DNA of 64,000 bases, from contig OZ037844.1 of NCBI GenBank assembly GCA_964035575.1, forward strand, positions 1,116,001-1,180,000, written 5' to 3'. The DNA is from Rhynchopus sp. YZ270_cl-10. Its lineage: Eukaryota. Shown here one piece after another: positions 62,974 to 64,000 of this stretch (position 1 is its first letter; every line of letters starts with the position of its first letter). Below the pieces are notes generated by a model. That model was not told the origin of the DNA. It ran no database searches and saw only the letters and a program-made list of their open reading frames with translations. The position numbers and the translations under genes were made by a program.

Positions 62974-64000
62974 CAAGGCTACCAATCCGACTTGAACCGA
63001 CCCGGCCGGTTGGGTATGGTTTTGGGTAGGGTGGCGGGTCGGTTTGGGTCGGTTTGGGTCGGTTTGGGTCGGTTTTTGGGTCGGTTTGGGTCGGTTTCAG
63101 ACCCAATTTTTTTTTTTTCGACAACTACTTTTTGGGCCAAAAAAAAAAAAAAATTTTTTTTTTTTCCGGCCTGAGATTGGGTCCTGGGGCACCGAAAAAT
63201 GCAAAAAAAGGCAAAATTTTGATGTTTTGACGATCTGGGGCAGTGCTACCAACGCGACAAGAGATTCTAGTCGCGCGACAAAGTGCCACTTGTCGCGCTG
63301 TCGCGCCCAAAAAAAATTTTTTTTTTCGACATCACAAAAATTTTCACCAAAAAAAAAAAAATTTTTTTTTTTTGGGTGTGGGCGATTTTGGAAAAAAAAA
63401 TCCAAAAAAAAAAATCCAGAAAAAACCATCGCAGACGGTACAGTAGCGACGTAAGCAAAAGCCATCATTTTTTGACCAAAATTTTGCTAAGTACCCGGAA
63501 AAAACGCGATTTTTCCTAACAAAAAAAAAAAAAAAAGTGTCTCAAAATGGAAAAAAAATTTTTTCGATTTTTGCGACAACTCATTTTGTCGCGCTGTCGC
63601 GGGTGGTTTGTCGCGTGTCGCGCGCGACTTGTCGCGTTGGTAGCACTGTCTGGGGTTATACCATATGCACTGCTACAGGGGCCCACAATTTGGACTTTTC
63701 CTTAGCAAATTCCTTCACAAAAATTTTTTTTTTCGATTTTGGCAAAGGCAAATCTCAGGCAAAAAAAATTCACCCCTGATAGTGGGTCCTTGGGTGTCCA
63801 AAGATGCAAAAAACACCAAAATTTTGATGTTTTGACCATCTAGAATTTATTCCACGGCCATTTTGTGTGTATACTGTACGTTCAGTATGGCCAGCGCCTT
63901 AGCAAAAAATCAAAAAATCACAAAAAAAAAATTTTTTTTTTCGGGAAAATTTTGACCACTGAGGTGGGTCTTTGGGCACCAAAAAACGCAAAAAAATGCA
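62974..64000. mobile_element. hAT-like element, GGTTTGGGTC-motif end; other end beyond window
   Basis: Starts CAAGGCTACCAA like 8527 and 18278, followed by 10-bp repeats at 63040-63095 and shared core sequence. The predicted TSD is cctatct. Confidence 0.82.
63241..63648. mobile_element. 408-bp hAT-like MITE, 7-bp TSD tctgggg
   Basis: Same TIRs as 12626; TSD read directly. Confidence 0.95.

Noticed and set aside
63040..63095. Telomere-like (GGTTTGGGTC)n
   Set aside because: Only about 5 copies, positioned as the terminal motif array of the 62974 hAT-like element.

Overview
Eukaryotic, protist-like DNA. The ankyrin gene style is reminiscent of diplonemids, but I cannot verify that from sequence alone. 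There is one host gene: an ankyrin-repeat CDS on the minus strand, starting at 1094 and running off the left edge. From about 2 kb onward the window is almost entirely nested transposons and transposon-borne satellites, in three classes. (1) A hAT-like cut-and-paste group with CA(A/G/T)(G/T)GCT termini and strictly 7-bp TSDs (12 insertions have both TSD copies visible). It includes a 10.2-kb master element whose 875-aa transposase can be rebuilt in frame. Members share an A/T-tract-rich internal core but carry different short terminal motif arrays. (2) Several Helentron/Helitron2-like non-autonomous families with no TSD, variable terminal Ts, asymmetric inverted repeats, hairpins and internal 57/21/20-bp tandem repeats. 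They stack head-to-tail or insert inverted into their own ends. (3) APE-RT(-RNase H) LINEs, one of which has an overlapping ORF1, a polyQ linker and a 2A StopGo motif. Most long ORFs in the supplied track are satellite artefacts.
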